A stretch of DNA of 58,851 bases from Actinomycetota bacterium (lineage in GTDB: Bacteria > Actinomycetota > Humimicrobiia > Humimicrobiales > Humimicrobiaceae): NCBI GenBank assembly GCA_051744245.1, contig JBNJCV010000002.1, positions 1 through 58,851 of the forward strand, written 5' to 3'. Numbering within the stretch: the first letter of the stretch is position 1; each line of letters opens with the position of its first letter. The translations under genes and the position numbers were made by a program. The notes below the pieces were generated by a model that ran no database searches, was not told the origin of the DNA, and saw only the letters and a program-made list of their open reading frames with translations. This document shows positions 46,028 to 56,127 of this stretch, one piece after another.

Positions 46028-46766
46028 GATCTTACAATCTGTTAGAAGCATATCGGTGGTTACTGAAAAGAATATAAGGATTTATTATTCAAAGCCTCCG
46101 GTGATTATATTCGGGCTGCTTTTCCCTTTCTTTATGTTTCTAGCATTTCTTTTGGGAAGGCAGGTTGACTTATATAATTTCTTTCCGGGATTTATAGCTA
46201 TGTCTTTATTTTTTACTTCCTCCTCGGTTGGACCTTTAATTACGCCGTGGGAAAAGACAGCCGGTACTTATGAGAGGCTGCTGTCTTTTCCGGTAACTAT
46301 AAGTACCATGATACTTGGCGATACTATTGCCGGAATGATTTTTGGGATCGGCTTAAATGCCATCCTTGTAACTGTAGGCATTTTTGCCCTGGGTTATAGT
46401 GTTAATATTTTAATTTTGATTTTAGGAATAATAGTTTCTGCTTTCGTGTTTTCCTGCCTGGGTGTTTTTCTGGCTTCACCTTCTTCAAAAAATCCTTCAA
46501 ACATAATGATGCTTTCCAGCATAATACGTTTCCCCCTTATATTTATAAGCGGTATATTTATACCTTTAGAACAGCTGCCATTGGCTGGCAGAATCTTATC
46601 TTATTTCTCCCCCATAACTTATCTTGTAGATATTTTTAACTACAGCCTGAAAGGGACGCATAATATTAACCTGGGAATAGATTTTCTGGCATTAATTGCT
46701 TTTGCGGCTGTATTTTTAATCTTTGCCAATATTTTCCACAAGAAAAATTTGCTCAAAGGCTTGTAA
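46020..46766 (+). CDS. ABC-2 type transporter permease
   Basis: 248 aa with 6 TM segments. 8-nt overlap with the ATPase gene. Confidence 0.8.
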   Translation: MGKILQSVRSISVVTEKNIRIYYSKPPVIIFGLLFPFFMFLAFLLGRQVDLYNFFPGFIAMSLFFTSSSVGPLITPWEKTAGTYERLLSFPVTISTMILGDTIAGMIFGIGLNAILVTVGIFALGYSVNILILILGIIVSAFVFSCLGVFLASPSSKNPSNIMMLSSIIRFPLIFISGIFIPLEQLPLAGRILSYFSPITYLVDIFNYSLKGTHNINLGIDFLALIAFAAVFLIFANIFHKKNLLKGL

Positions 46767-46838
46767 TTATTTTCTGAAGGATATCAAACTTGTTTTTTGC
46801 TAATATAGTAGGTGGTAAATTAAAGGTTGGGAGAAAAT

Positions 46839-47750
46839 ATGGCAGAAAAAAAAATGAGCACTGGTAAAATAATAGGAATAATTATAGGAGGCCTAGCCCT
46901 TTTGTTTGTTTTTTCGGGGGGTTGTTTTGTTTTGGGCCTTCTAAGCGGGAGTTTATCAGATACTTCCGGATACAGGCAAGGCAATATTTATGAGATAAAT
47001 ATAGAAGGTGTTATTACTGGTACTGAGCAAAGTGGTATTTTGGGTGGAGGCGCTACCACTCCCAAGGAAGTAATAGCACAGCTGGATATTGCTGAAAAAA
47101 GCAATAATATAAAGGCAATACTTCTAAGGGTTAATAGTCCCGGAGGAAGCCCTGCAGCTTCCCAGGAGATATACCAGGAACTGAAAAAGGCTGAAAAGCC
47201 AGTAGTGGTATCTGTCAGTGACACTTGTGCCTCAGGGGCATATTATATCTCATGTGCTGCAGATAGAATAATTGCCAATCCTGCTTCATCTGTGGGAAGC
47301 ATAGGAGTGGTCATGCAAGTCCCGAACCTGGAAGGGTTATATGACAAACTCGGTATTGAGTATACAACCATAAAGCAGGGAAAGTATAAGGATATGGGGA
47401 ATACAAGCAGGGAAATAACCGGGGAAGAAAAAAAGCTTTTAGAGGAGCAGACAAAAAAGATATATGAGCAATTTATCTCTGATGTGGCAGAAAGCAGGGA
47501 GATTAGCAAAGATAAGGTGAAAGAACTTGCCACCGGCTGGGTCTATTTGGGTAGCGAAGCAGTTGGTTTGGAGCTGATAGATGAGCTGGGAACTTACAAG
47601 GATGCTATTAATGTGGCGGCTGAACTTGGAGACGTAGTTGGTGAGCCAATGGTGGTTTCTGCCCAGGAATTTTCTTTTTATGATATTTTACTGCAATATT
47701 ATCTGGGTGGCATATTAAGTAGGCTAAAATTATTTAATTACTTATACTAG
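46839..47750 (+). CDS. sppA: signal peptide peptidase SppA, 36K type
   Basis: N-terminal TM segment, LRVNSPGGS, ASGAYYIS and KQGKYKD (catalytic Ser/Lys regions). The ATG at 46839 follows GGGAG. The track TTG at 46827 is less likely. Confidence 0.85.
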   Translation: MAEKKMSTGKIIGIIIGGLALLFVFSGGCFVLGLLSGSLSDTSGYRQGNIYEINIEGVITGTEQSGILGGGATTPKEVIAQLDIAEKSNNIKAILLRVNSPGGSPAASQEIYQELKKAEKPVVVSVSDTCASGAYYISCAADRIIANPASSVGSIGVVMQVPNLEGLYDKLGIEYTTIKQGKYKDMGNTSREITGEEKKLLEEQTKKIYEQFISDVAESREISKDKVKELATGWVYLGSEAVGLELIDELGTYKDAINVAAELGDVVGEPMVVSAQEFSFYDILLQYYLGGILSRLKLFNYLY

Positions 47751-47939
47751 GCACCAGCGCCCTTGAAAAGGGGGAATTAGTTAGTTAAAATAATAATTGC
47801 TTAACAGGCGGCCTATGATGGTTCACTCACGTGGACCATCAGGCTGAAGAAATCGGCAGATAGTTAGACAAATTTGTTACAATATGCTACTATTCTTATT
47901 CTGAAGAAGTTTTGAAAATTTAATATTGCCATTAAAGCC

Positions 47940-48210
47940 TTTGAACAGGAATAGTAAGTGCTAAGCAGCATACAGAGAACCGCTAGCAGGTGAGAATGCG
48001 GTTGCAAGGCTGGTAACTGAATGGGCCTGGGAGGTGCTTGGCTGAAATCTTATTGAAAGTATGCTGAGACGGTTTCCACCGTTAACGTGGGATAGGATAT
48101 CATGGGTATCTGAAAGAGAGTATAGGAGAAGGTTCTCCTATAAAATAGAGTGGCACCGCGGGAATTTACCTCTCGTCTCTATAGAATATTAGAGATTGAG
48201 AGGTTTTTTT
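47940..48210 (+). promoter_or_regulatory. T-box leader (tRNA-sensing riboswitch), probable Trp specifier, with terminator
   Basis: Stem I elements are AGAGA (47973-47977) and a GGUGAGA distal region. Candidate specifier is GAA-UGG-G at 48019-48025. The T-box sequence AGAGUGGCACCGCGGG (48146-48161) compares with consensus AGGGUGGNACCGCG. The terminator is CCUCUCGUCUCU...AGAGAUUGAGAGG (48169-48202) plus U7 (48203-48209). The leader ends 33 nt before trpB2. Confidence 0.8.
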
Positions 48211-48242
48211 ATTTTTAAATATTTTAAGAAAGGAGAAAGCAA

Positions 48243-49595
48243 ATGAATGATAGAAAAATAATATTATCAGAAAGTGAGATGCCTAGGGAATGGTACAATG
48301 TAAACCCTGACCTACCTAAGCCATTGGATCCGCCCTTGCATCCAAAAACAGGAAAGCCCCTTACACCTGATGATCTTTCCATTATGTTTCCCATGGAACT
48401 GATCATGCAGGAAATGAGCCAGGAGAGGTTTATTAAAATTCCAGAAGAGCTTTTAGAGATTTACGCTATTTGGAGGCCTACTCCCCTGGTAAGGGCTAAA
48501 AACCTGGAAGAGTATTTGGGGACGCCTGCAAAAATATTTTATAAAAATGAAAGCGTCAGCCCTGCGGGAAGCCATAAACCTAATACTGCTGTAGCTCAGG
48601 CTTACTATAATAAAAAAGAGGGGGTTAAAAAGTTAACTACCGAAACCGGGGCAGGCCAATGGGGAAGTGCCCTGGCATTTGCAACCAATATTCTGGATTT
48701 GGATTTGACTGTTTACATGGTAAGAATAAGCTACAATCAGAAGCCATACAGGAAGACCATGATGAGAGTATGGGGAGCAGATGTACATGCTTCACCGTCT
48801 GATAGGACTGAATCCGGAAGAAATATACTGGCAAAAGATCCAGATTCTTCAGGGAGCCTGGGGATTGCAATTAGTGAAGCAGTTGAAGAGGCTGTAAAGT
48901 CTGACGATACCAATTATTCACTGGGAAGCGTTCTAAACCATGTCCTGATGCACCAGTCAATAATTGGTCTGGAGACAAAGAAGCAATTTGAAAAGGCAGG
49001 CCTTTATCCAGATGTTTTAGTAGGTTGCGTGGGAGGGGGAAGTAATTTTGCAGGCTTTGCTTTTCCGTTTTTGCCTGATAAGTTTGGAGGCAAAGATATT
49101 AAAATATTAGCTGTTGAACCTATAGCCTGTCCAACCCTTACCAAGGGCCCTTATGCTTATGATTACGGCGATACAGCAAAAATGGCTCCAATTGCAAAGA
49201 TGTATACCTTGGGCCATGATTTCATCCCGGCTCCCATACATTCAGGGGGTTTGAGGTATCATGGAATGGCTCCCCAGATAAGCCTGCTTTGCAATGAGAA
49301 GGTTATTGAGGCAGCAGCACTAATGCAAAATCCTGTTTTTGAAGCGGCAGTAACTTTTTCAAAAACAGAAGGTATAATACCTGCCCCCGAAACCGCACAT
49401 GCAATCAGGGCTACTATTGATGAAGCCCTGAAGTGCAAACAGACAGGGGAAGAAAAAGTAATTGCATTTAATTTTAGCGGGCACGGTCATTTTGATTTAA
49501 GTGCTTATGAGAGTTACCTGGATGGAAAACTAGAGGATTACGAGTATCCGGATGAGAAGATAAAAGAATCACTAGAGCAACTTCCTAAGGTCTAA
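48243..49595 (+). CDS. trpB: TrpB2-type tryptophan synthase beta-like PLP enzyme (stand-alone)
   Basis: 450 aa, with the N-terminal extension and length typical of TrpB2. Motifs: [12 protein letters not shown] (PLP Lys), [14 protein letters not shown]. No trpA is adjacent. Confidence 0.9.
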   Translation: MNDRKIILSESEMPREWYNVNPDLPKPLDPPLHPKTGKPLTPDDLSIMFPMELIMQEMSQERFIKIPEELLEIYAIWRPTPLVRAKNLEEYLGTPAKIFYKNESVSPAGSHKPNTAVAQAYYNKKEGVKKLTTETGAGQWGSALAFATNILDLDLTVYMVRISYNQKPYRKTMMRVWGADVHASPSDRTESGRNILAKDPDSSGSLGIAISEAVEEAVKSDDTNYSLGSVLNHVLMHQSIIGLETKKQFEKAGLYPDVLVGCVGGGSNFAGFAFPFLPDKFGGKDIKILAVEPIACPTLTKGPYAYDYGDTAKMAPIAKMYTLGHDFIPAPIHSGGLRYHGMAPQISLLCNEKVIEAAALMQNPVFEAAVTFSKTEGIIPAPETAHAIRATIDEALKCKQTGEEKVIAFNFSGHGHFDLSAYESYLDGKLEDYEYPDEKIKESLEQLPKV

Positions 49596-49901
49596 AAGCC
49601 TTCTAGCTCTTGCCAGGGCAGTGTGTCTCTTCCATTGCCCTGGCAAAAAACTACTTGATTTTTTAACAATTTACATATATCATCATTACTACAATTTGAA
49701 CAAGTAAAATAAACAATGAATTTTCTTCATAGGTTTTTCAAAAAAAGTGGTGATAAAGTGGTGCGATTATTGCAAATGCCTTTGCTTTTGTCTAATTAGT
49801 CCCTTTTTCACTTTTGCTGTCCAATAAGTCGTGGATAAGCAGATTTACAAATATATTTGAAAGAATCTAGCTTGTATTTTAGATGAAAGGTATGTTTTAT
49901 A

Positions 49902-51290
49902 ATGAATGAAATGAACAAAGAAATATTAACTGATAAAAAATTAGGAGAACTGAAGGAAATAGCTAAAGAATTGGATATTTCCGGTTTTTCCAAGCTGAAA
50001 AAAGATGAACTGATACAAAGAATAATAGAGACAGTCTCAGATAATGGAGAAGACCCCAAAACAGAGGAAAAGGAAACTGTTCATAAGAAGATGAAAAATG
50101 GAATGGTAGTTGAGAAAAAAATAATAAAGAATGACGGAAAGACTAAAGAACTAGAAGTATATGAAAAAAATATGAAAGGGATACTGGATATACTAAGTGA
50201 TGGTTATGGATTCCTTAGGGTTGACGGATATCTTCCAGGCTCTAATGATATATATGTATCCCAGTCCCAGATCAGGAGATTCAGATTGAGACAGGGGGAC
50301 GAAGTTTACGGCCAGGTAAGGCCGCCAAAAGATAATGAAAAATACAATGCCTTAATAAGGATTGAAAAGGTAAATAACGGGGATCCTGAATATATTAGGA
50401 AAAGATCTCCATTTGAATCCTTAACTCCCATATATCCGCTGGACAGGCTGAGACTGGAGACAAAGCCTGATAATGTTGCTCCTAGGGTAATAGACTTGGT
50501 TGCTCCCATAGGTAAGGGGCAGAGGGGGTTAATTGTTTCGCCGCCAAAGGCAGGAAAGACTACTATACTAAAAGAGCTTGCCAATAGCGTGGCTACAAAT
50601 AATTCTGAAGTCCATATAATTGTCCTCCTGGTCGATGAAAGGCCTGAAGAGGTAACTGATATGGAAAGATCGGTAAGGGGCGAAGTAATAAGCTCTACTT
50701 TTGATCAGCCTTCCGAGAATCATATTCAGGTTTCAGAGCTTGTATTGCAAAGGGCAAAAAGGCTGGTGGAGCATGGGAATGATGTATTGATACTGTTAGA
50801 CAGTATCACTAGGCTAGCCAGGGCTTATAACCTAACCATTCCTGCAAGTGGAAGGGTCCTTTCAGGTGGTGTTGATTCTACAGCACTGTTCCCTCCTAAA
50901 AGCTTTTTTGGGGCAGCTAGAAATATTGAGCATGGTGGTAGTTTAACTATACTTGCTACTGCCCTTATTGAAACGGGAAGCAGAATGGACGATGTAATTT
51001 TTGAAGAATTTAAAGGAACCGGAAACATGGAACTGAAACTTGACCGGTCATTGGCAGATAAGAGGATTTTTCCTGCAATTGATGTTAATAAGTCAGGGAC
51101 CAGAAAAGAAGAGCTGCTGATGGACAAGGAAGAAGCTTCACTGGTGTGGAGGCTTAGGAGGATTATCCATGAAAAAGAGCCAGAAGTAGCTATTGAGCAA
51201 TTAATAGATTATGTCAAGAAAACCAAAACCAATAAAGATTTCCTCAATGCCTTAAAAGCAAGTTTCCAGAATAACAAAAAGACCCTTTAG
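49902..51290 (+). CDS. rho: transcription termination factor Rho
   Basis: 462 aa. N-terminal Rho_N ([25 protein letters not shown]), an inserted Lys/Glu-rich segment, the RNA-binding GYGFLR, Walker A PPKAGKTT and [10 protein letters not shown]. Confidence 0.95.
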   Translation: MNEMNKEILTDKKLGELKEIAKELDISGFSKLKKDELIQRIIETVSDNGEDPKTEEKETVHKKMKNGMVVEKKIIKNDGKTKELEVYEKNMKGILDILSDGYGFLRVDGYLPGSNDIYVSQSQIRRFRLRQGDEVYGQVRPPKDNEKYNALIRIEKVNNGDPEYIRKRSPFESLTPIYPLDRLRLETKPDNVAPRVIDLVAPIGKGQRGLIVSPPKAGKTTILKELANSVATNNSEVHIIVLLVDERPEEVTDMERSVRGEVISSTFDQPSENHIQVSELVLQRAKRLVEHGNDVLILLDSITRLARAYNLTIPASGRVLSGGVDSTALFPPKSFFGAARNIEHGGSLTILATALIETGSRMDDVIFEEFKGTGNMELKLDRSLADKRIFPAIDVNKSGTRKEELLMDKEEASLVWRLRRIIHEKEPEVAIEQLIDYVKKTKTNKDFLNALKASFQNNKKTL

Positions 51291-51374
51291 AACATTTATT
51301 AGTTGTTATTTACTGTTATATGCATTTATGGTATCATTTTCCACTTGAGTATTAATGATAAGAGGTGTTTAGTG

Positions 51375-51581
51375 ATGAAAAAAGATATACATCCGGATTA
51401 TATGGAATGTACTGTTACTTGTTCATGCGGGAATAGCTTTAAAACAAGATCTACCCAGGAAAATTTAAAGGTAGAAATTTGTTCTAATTGCCACCCTTTT
51501 TATACAGGTAAGCAGAAATTAGTTGACTCTGGAGGAAGAGTAGAAAGATTTAAGAAAAGGCTTAATAAAAAAAAGAAATAA
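51375..51581 (+). CDS. rpmE: 50S ribosomal protein L31 (Zn-ribbon type A)
   Basis: MKKDIHPDY...CSCG...[12 protein letters not shown]. The ATG at 51375 follows AGAGG. The track start at 51303 adds a spurious leader. Confidence 0.95.
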   Translation: MKKDIHPDYMECTVTCSCGNSFKTRSTQENLKVEICSNCHPFYTGKQKLVDSGGRVERFKKRLNKKKK

Positions 51582-51584
51582 GGG

Positions 51585-52271
51585 ATGAAAGTAAAATTAC
51601 TGAGGCATACCAGTGAGCCGGAAAAAATGGTGGCTTTAGCTGCTAGGCTTTGTTATTCCCCAGTGGGAATTGAGCAACTCAGCGGGGAAATGGATGCAGA
51701 GGAAATTGATAAGCTGGTAAAGTTTGTCATAAAAAGCGGACATCTTTCTACTACTGAGCATATTAGCTTTACTTTTGCTATTGAAGGAGTTTCCAGGGCT
51801 TTAACCCATCAACTGGTTAGGCATAGACTGGCCTCCTATAACCAACAATCACAAAGGTATGTTGAGTTTAAAGACAGGCTTGATTATGTAACTCCTGCTT
51901 CAATTAAAAATGAAGAGAAGCTTAATAAAAAATACGAGGATATGCTTGATAATATACATGCTTTCTATAAGCAGATGCTCCAGTCGGGAATAGAGGCAGA
52001 GGATGCCAGATATATTTTTCCCAATGCAGCTGAAACTAAAATTATTGTTACCATGAACGGCCGGGAACTTCTACATTTCTTTACTGTGAGGTGCTGCAAT
52101 AGGGCACAATGGGAAATAAGGGACCTTGCTACTAAAATGCTTAAGCTGGTTAAAAAGGTAAGTCCAGTGGTTTTCTTAAATGCAGGTCCCAATTGCCTTA
52201 GGGATCCTTGTCCTGAAGGCAAATTTACCTGCGGGAATCCCCCAAAGGCAAGTGATTTTAATGGGCAATAA
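51585..52271 (+). CDS. thyX: flavin-dependent thymidylate synthase
   Basis: 228 aa with the ThyX motif RHRLASYNQQSQRY and flanking TEH/HQLVRH. Confidence 0.9.
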   Translation: MKVKLLRHTSEPEKMVALAARLCYSPVGIEQLSGEMDAEEIDKLVKFVIKSGHLSTTEHISFTFAIEGVSRALTHQLVRHRLASYNQQSQRYVEFKDRLDYVTPASIKNEEKLNKKYEDMLDNIHAFYKQMLQSGIEAEDARYIFPNAAETKIIVTMNGRELLHFFTVRCCNRAQWEIRDLATKMLKLVKKVSPVVFLNAGPNCLRDPCPEGKFTCGNPPKASDFNGQ

Positions 52272-53148
52272 TAAGTTTCAGGTGGGAGGCCAGGCTGTAA
52301 TTGAGGGCGTAATGATGAAAAGTAAGCATTATTGGTCTTTAGCAGTTAGAAAGCCTGATTCCGACATTTCAGCAAAAGTATACAAGGCGAAGCCCTTAGC
52401 AGAAAAATATCCAATTTTAGGTTATATATTTATAAGGGGAGTTGTTTCTCTTGTAGAAACCATGGCTTTAGGTTTTAGGGCTTTAAGTTATTCAGTAAAT
52501 GAAGCTACTGATGAAGATATCCAGTTTACTAAGAAGGAAATGTCTATCTCCATAATTATTGCCGTACTGTTTGCAGTTGGAGTCTTCTTTGTATTACCCA
52601 CTCTTATTGGGAGAAGTTTTAGCGGTTTTTTCCCCAATGCTTTTGTTTACAATCTCTTGGAAGGGCTGGTAAGGATAGGGTTCTTTTTAGTCTATATTGC
52701 CATTATTTCTTCCATTAAGGATATAAGGAGGATATTCCAGTACCACGGGGCAGAGCATAAAACCATACAGGCATATGAGAACGGTGAAGAACTGGTGCCG
52801 GAGAAGGTGAAAAAATATAGGAGGCTCCATGTGCGGTGTGGCACAAGTTTTCTGCTTATAGTAATGTTTGTGGCAATATTTGTATTTGCCCTTTTGGGAA
52901 AACCTCCTCTTATCTGGCGTATTGTCTCAAGAATCTTGCTTATACCGGTTATTGCCGGTATCTCTTATGAGCTAATAAAGGTTGCAGGGAAATTTAATAA
53001 GTATAAAATTGTAAATGTGATTTTTTACCCTGGGCTGCTTTTGCAGAGGATGACCACCAGGGAGCCTGATGAAGGACAGCTGGAAGTTGCAATAAAGTCT
53101 TTTGAAAAGGTAATTGAGGCTGAAAAAAATTTTGAGAAGGCGGGTTAA
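52261..53148 (+). CDS. DUF1385 membrane protein (prfA/prmC-associated)
   Basis: MGNNKFQVGGQAVIEGVMM..., YHGAEHK and RCGTSF motifs. The ATG at 52261 overlaps the thyX end by 11 nt. The track start at 52180 lies within thyX. Confidence 0.8.
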   Translation: MGNNKFQVGGQAVIEGVMMKSKHYWSLAVRKPDSDISAKVYKAKPLAEKYPILGYIFIRGVVSLVETMALGFRALSYSVNEATDEDIQFTKKEMSISIIIAVLFAVGVFFVLPTLIGRSFSGFFPNAFVYNLLEGLVRIGFFLVYIAIISSIKDIRRIFQYHGAEHKTIQAYENGEELVPEKVKKYRRLHVRCGTSFLLIVMFVAIFVFALLGKPPLIWRIVSRILLIPVIAGISYELIKVAGKFNKYKIVNVIFYPGLLLQRMTTREPDEGQLEVAIKSFEKVIEAEKNFEKAG

Positions 53149-53151
53149 AAA

Positions 53152-54231
53152 ATGGCAGACTTATTAGAAAAGCTAAAAATTTATGAAGATAAATACAAGG
53201 AAGTAATGCAAAAATTATCGGATTCCGGGATAACCCAGAATCCTGAGAAAATAAAGGAATATGGAAAAATGGCTTCCGAACTTGAGGAGTTGGTTAAGGC
53301 TGCCAAAAAATACAGGAAGCTAATAAGTTCTATTGGGGATGCAAACGAGATGCTATCCTCTGAAGAAGATGAGGAGATGGCAGAATTCCTGCAAGAAGAG
53401 CTTGAGAAGAACCAAAAAGAAAAAAAGAATTTAGAGAAAAAAATAAAGATGCTTATGACTCCAAAAGACCCTAATGATAAAAAGAATGCAATTATAGAAA
53501 TAAGGGCTGGCGCTGGGGGAGATGAGGCAGCCCTATTTGCTGAGGATCTCTACAGGATGTATACAAAATTTGCAGACAGCAGGGGCTGGAGACATGATGT
53601 GCTGAGCTCAAACAGCTTGGGGATAGGCGGTTTTAAGGAAATAATTTTTAGTGTTGAAGGAAAAAATGTCTATGGAATAATGAAGTATGAATCAGGAGTG
53701 CACCGGGTGCAAAGAATCCCGGTTACCGAGTCCGGGGGAAGGATACACACTTCTACTGCTACAGTAGCTGTGTTGCCTGAAGCTGAGGATGTTGAGGTAA
53801 ATATTTCACCTCAGGATGTAAGAGTTGATGTATTTAGGTCAAGCGGCCCAGGGGGCCAGTCGGTTAATACAACTGATTCTGCGGTTAGGCTTACCCATGT
53901 CCCTACAGGCATAATGGTTAGTTGCCAAGATGAAAAATCACAGCTCCAGAACAAAGAGAAGGCTTTTAGAATTTTAAGGACCCGGATTAAAGAGATGGAA
54001 GAGCAGAAGCAGATGGATGAACAGACTGAAAACAGGAGGATGCAAATTGGTAGTGGAGATAGAAGCGAAAGGATAAGAACCTATAATTATCCCCAGGGCA
54101 GGATTACAGATCACCGGATAAATTTAACTTTATATAAACTGGAAAATGTCTTGGAGGGCAACCTGGAAGAGCTCATAAGTGAATTACGCACAGAGGACGA
54201 GGAAAAGAAAATTGAAAAACTAGGGGTATAG
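53152..54231 (+). CDS. prfA: peptide chain release factor 1
   Basis: 359 aa with the PVT tripeptide (RIPVTES, RF1-type PxT) and GGQSVN (GGQ). Confidence 0.95.
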   Translation: MADLLEKLKIYEDKYKEVMQKLSDSGITQNPEKIKEYGKMASELEELVKAAKKYRKLISSIGDANEMLSSEEDEEMAEFLQEELEKNQKEKKNLEKKIKMLMTPKDPNDKKNAIIEIRAGAGGDEAALFAEDLYRMYTKFADSRGWRHDVLSSNSLGIGGFKEIIFSVEGKNVYGIMKYESGVHRVQRIPVTESGGRIHTSTATVAVLPEAEDVEVNISPQDVRVDVFRSSGPGGQSVNTTDSAVRLTHVPTGIMVSCQDEKSQLQNKEKAFRILRTRIKEMEEQKQMDEQTENRRMQIGSGDRSERIRTYNYPQGRITDHRINLTLYKLENVLEGNLEELISELRTEDEEKKIEKLGV

Positions 54232-54234
54232 GTT

Positions 54235-55113
54235 TTGCAGACCTGGACCGTTAAAAAGTTATTAGATTGGTCGATAAATTATTTTAAGGAAAAAAGTGTA
54301 TCCCAGGCAAGGCTGTCATCAGAATTACTCCTTGGTTCTGCTTTAGGTTTTTCAAGAATGCAGCTTTACCTGAATTACAATTACGCTCCTACCCAAAAGG
54401 AGCTGGACAAATTCAAGAAATACATATTAAAAAGACTTCAAGGTGTTCCTATCCAATATATTTTGAAGGAAGCTCATTTTAGAAAAATAAAGTTGTATGT
54501 AGATGAGAATGTATTAATACCCAGGCCCGAAACCGAGCTTGTTGTGGAGAAAGCGGTTGAGGCTATTGGCAGATTAGCAAAAAATAGGGATAAAGTTGAA
54601 ATTTTGGAAGTAGGAGTGGGCAGCGGGGCAATATCCTTAAGTATTTTATTTGAACTTAAAGGCTTAAATTACAATATTTTAGCTACTGACAACAGTGAAC
54701 AGGCAATAAGGGTGGCTCAAAAAAATGCAGACAATATACTGGACAAAGAAGAATTGGAAAGAATAAAATTTAGCCTTTGCGACATTTTACCGGAGGAATC
54801 TGGTAAATTTGACTTGGTAATTTCTAACCCCCCTTATATAACGGTTAATGATTATGAAGGTCTGCCCAAAGAAGTAAAAGATTATGAGCCAAAGCATGCC
54901 CTACTAGCCGGGGAGACCGGAAGGGAAGTCTATGGCCAAATAATGGATAAGGCTGGGGTTGAAATAAATAGCGGTGGCTATATGATTTTTGAAATTGACC
55001 CTGGTTTAGCTAAGAGCTTGCGCAAGTTAGCCGAGGACAGGCTTTCTGCTAAAAACATAAGTGTTTACCAAGACTACAATGGCAGAGACAGAATACTGAC
55101 CATAGAAGTATAG
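54235..55113 (+). CDS. prmC: release factor glutamine N5-methyltransferase
   Basis: 292 aa with LIPRPETE, SAM motif LEVGVGSGAIS and the NPPY catalytic motif (ISNPPYI). TTG start. Confidence 0.9.
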   Translation: MQTWTVKKLLDWSINYFKEKSVSQARLSSELLLGSALGFSRMQLYLNYNYAPTQKELDKFKKYILKRLQGVPIQYILKEAHFRKIKLYVDENVLIPRPETELVVEKAVEAIGRLAKNRDKVEILEVGVGSGAISLSILFELKGLNYNILATDNSEQAIRVAQKNADNILDKEELERIKFSLCDILPEESGKFDLVISNPPYITVNDYEGLPKEVKDYEPKHALLAGETGREVYGQIMDKAGVEINSGGYMIFEIDPGLAKSLRKLAEDRLSAKNISVYQDYNGRDRILTIEV

Positions 55114-55184
55114 CATTACATTTGATTTTTTTAAAAAGCGTAATTTGTTGAATGGATTTTTTTATTGGGCTGTAAACTCTGTTA

Positions 55185-56127
55185 TTGGAGAGGTCAAGCT
55201 TGGATAGTGCTGCCATTGTAGCAATCGTTATATTTGCTTTAACTTACATTACCATTGCCACCGGGAAGGTAAACAGGACCGTAATAGTATTTATTGGCGG
55301 ACTGCTTTTATTGCTGTTTGGAGTGTTTGATATTAAAACGGCGGTAAGTTTTATTAGCTGGGAAACAATAGGGCTTCTTTCCGGCATGTTTATAATGGTA
55401 GCATTGCTTTCAGATCCGGTGTTTTTTAGTTTCCTGGTTTTAAAGGGGGCTAAGTTTTAAAGTATTCCCCAACCAAGATATTTTTATTTTTTTCCGTACT
55501 TACCGGCTTTTTTATTGACTTTTATGGATAGTATTACGGTTATGCTATTTTCCGCCTGCTTCAATTTATTATGCAGGATGATAAAGATAGGTCCTGCTCC
55601 TTTAGCGGTAACCGAAGTAATAATGGCAAATATCGGAGGCTCTGCTACTTTAGTTGGTGATTCACCTAATGTAGTACTGGGACTTAGGCTTGGCTTTTAT
55701 TTTAATGATTTTGTGATCAAAAACGGACTAATTTCTCTAGTGGCTGGGGCTGCAGCCTTATTTGTTTATATATTGCATAATCAAATGGGACAGTATTGCA
55801 CAAGGAATTCCCCAGTATTGCAGAGCAAAATTCCCCACTTTTGCAAGAGAGGCTATTGAAGATATGCGGCAACTGAAAATATCATAAAGCTTGTGGGAGT
55901 TCCACCTTTATCAATTATGGTGTGGCTGTATCCCTGGAAGCTGATATTGGAAAAAATTTTACCCCTATTGGAGCTTCTGTCAATGTAGTGGCTTACACTA
56001 CTATGGAGAAAAGGGGTAGAAGCATCGGCTGGGGTTGTAGCTTAAGCTAACAGTGCCTGCAACATTAATTGCCATAGCTATTTCGAACTTGGGAATATAT
56101 ATTAAATATATAACAGGTTTTTATTGA
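55185..56127 (+). pseudogene. ArsB/NhaD-superfamily permease pseudogene (multiple frameshifts and deletions)
   Basis: Fragments lie in different frames. 55185-55460: ...IATGKVNRTVIVFIGG...ISWETIGLLSGMFIMVA. 55515-55859: DSITVMLFS...ANIGGSATLVGDSPNVVLG. About 55920-56050: GKNFTPIGASVNVVAYTTMEKRGRSIGW. About 56040-56127: LKLTVPATLIAIAISNLGIYIKYI. The total of about 940 nt compares with about 1.3 kb for intact family members. Confidence 0.6.

Noticed and set aside
49611-49645. A 10-bp GC-rich hairpin (TGCCAGGGCA...TGCCCTGGCA) just after trpB2, considered as a possible terminator.
   Set aside because: It is followed by an A-run, not a U-run, on the + strand, and there is no U-tract in the minus orientation either. 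I left it uncalled. It may still act as a Rho-dependent or stabilising element.
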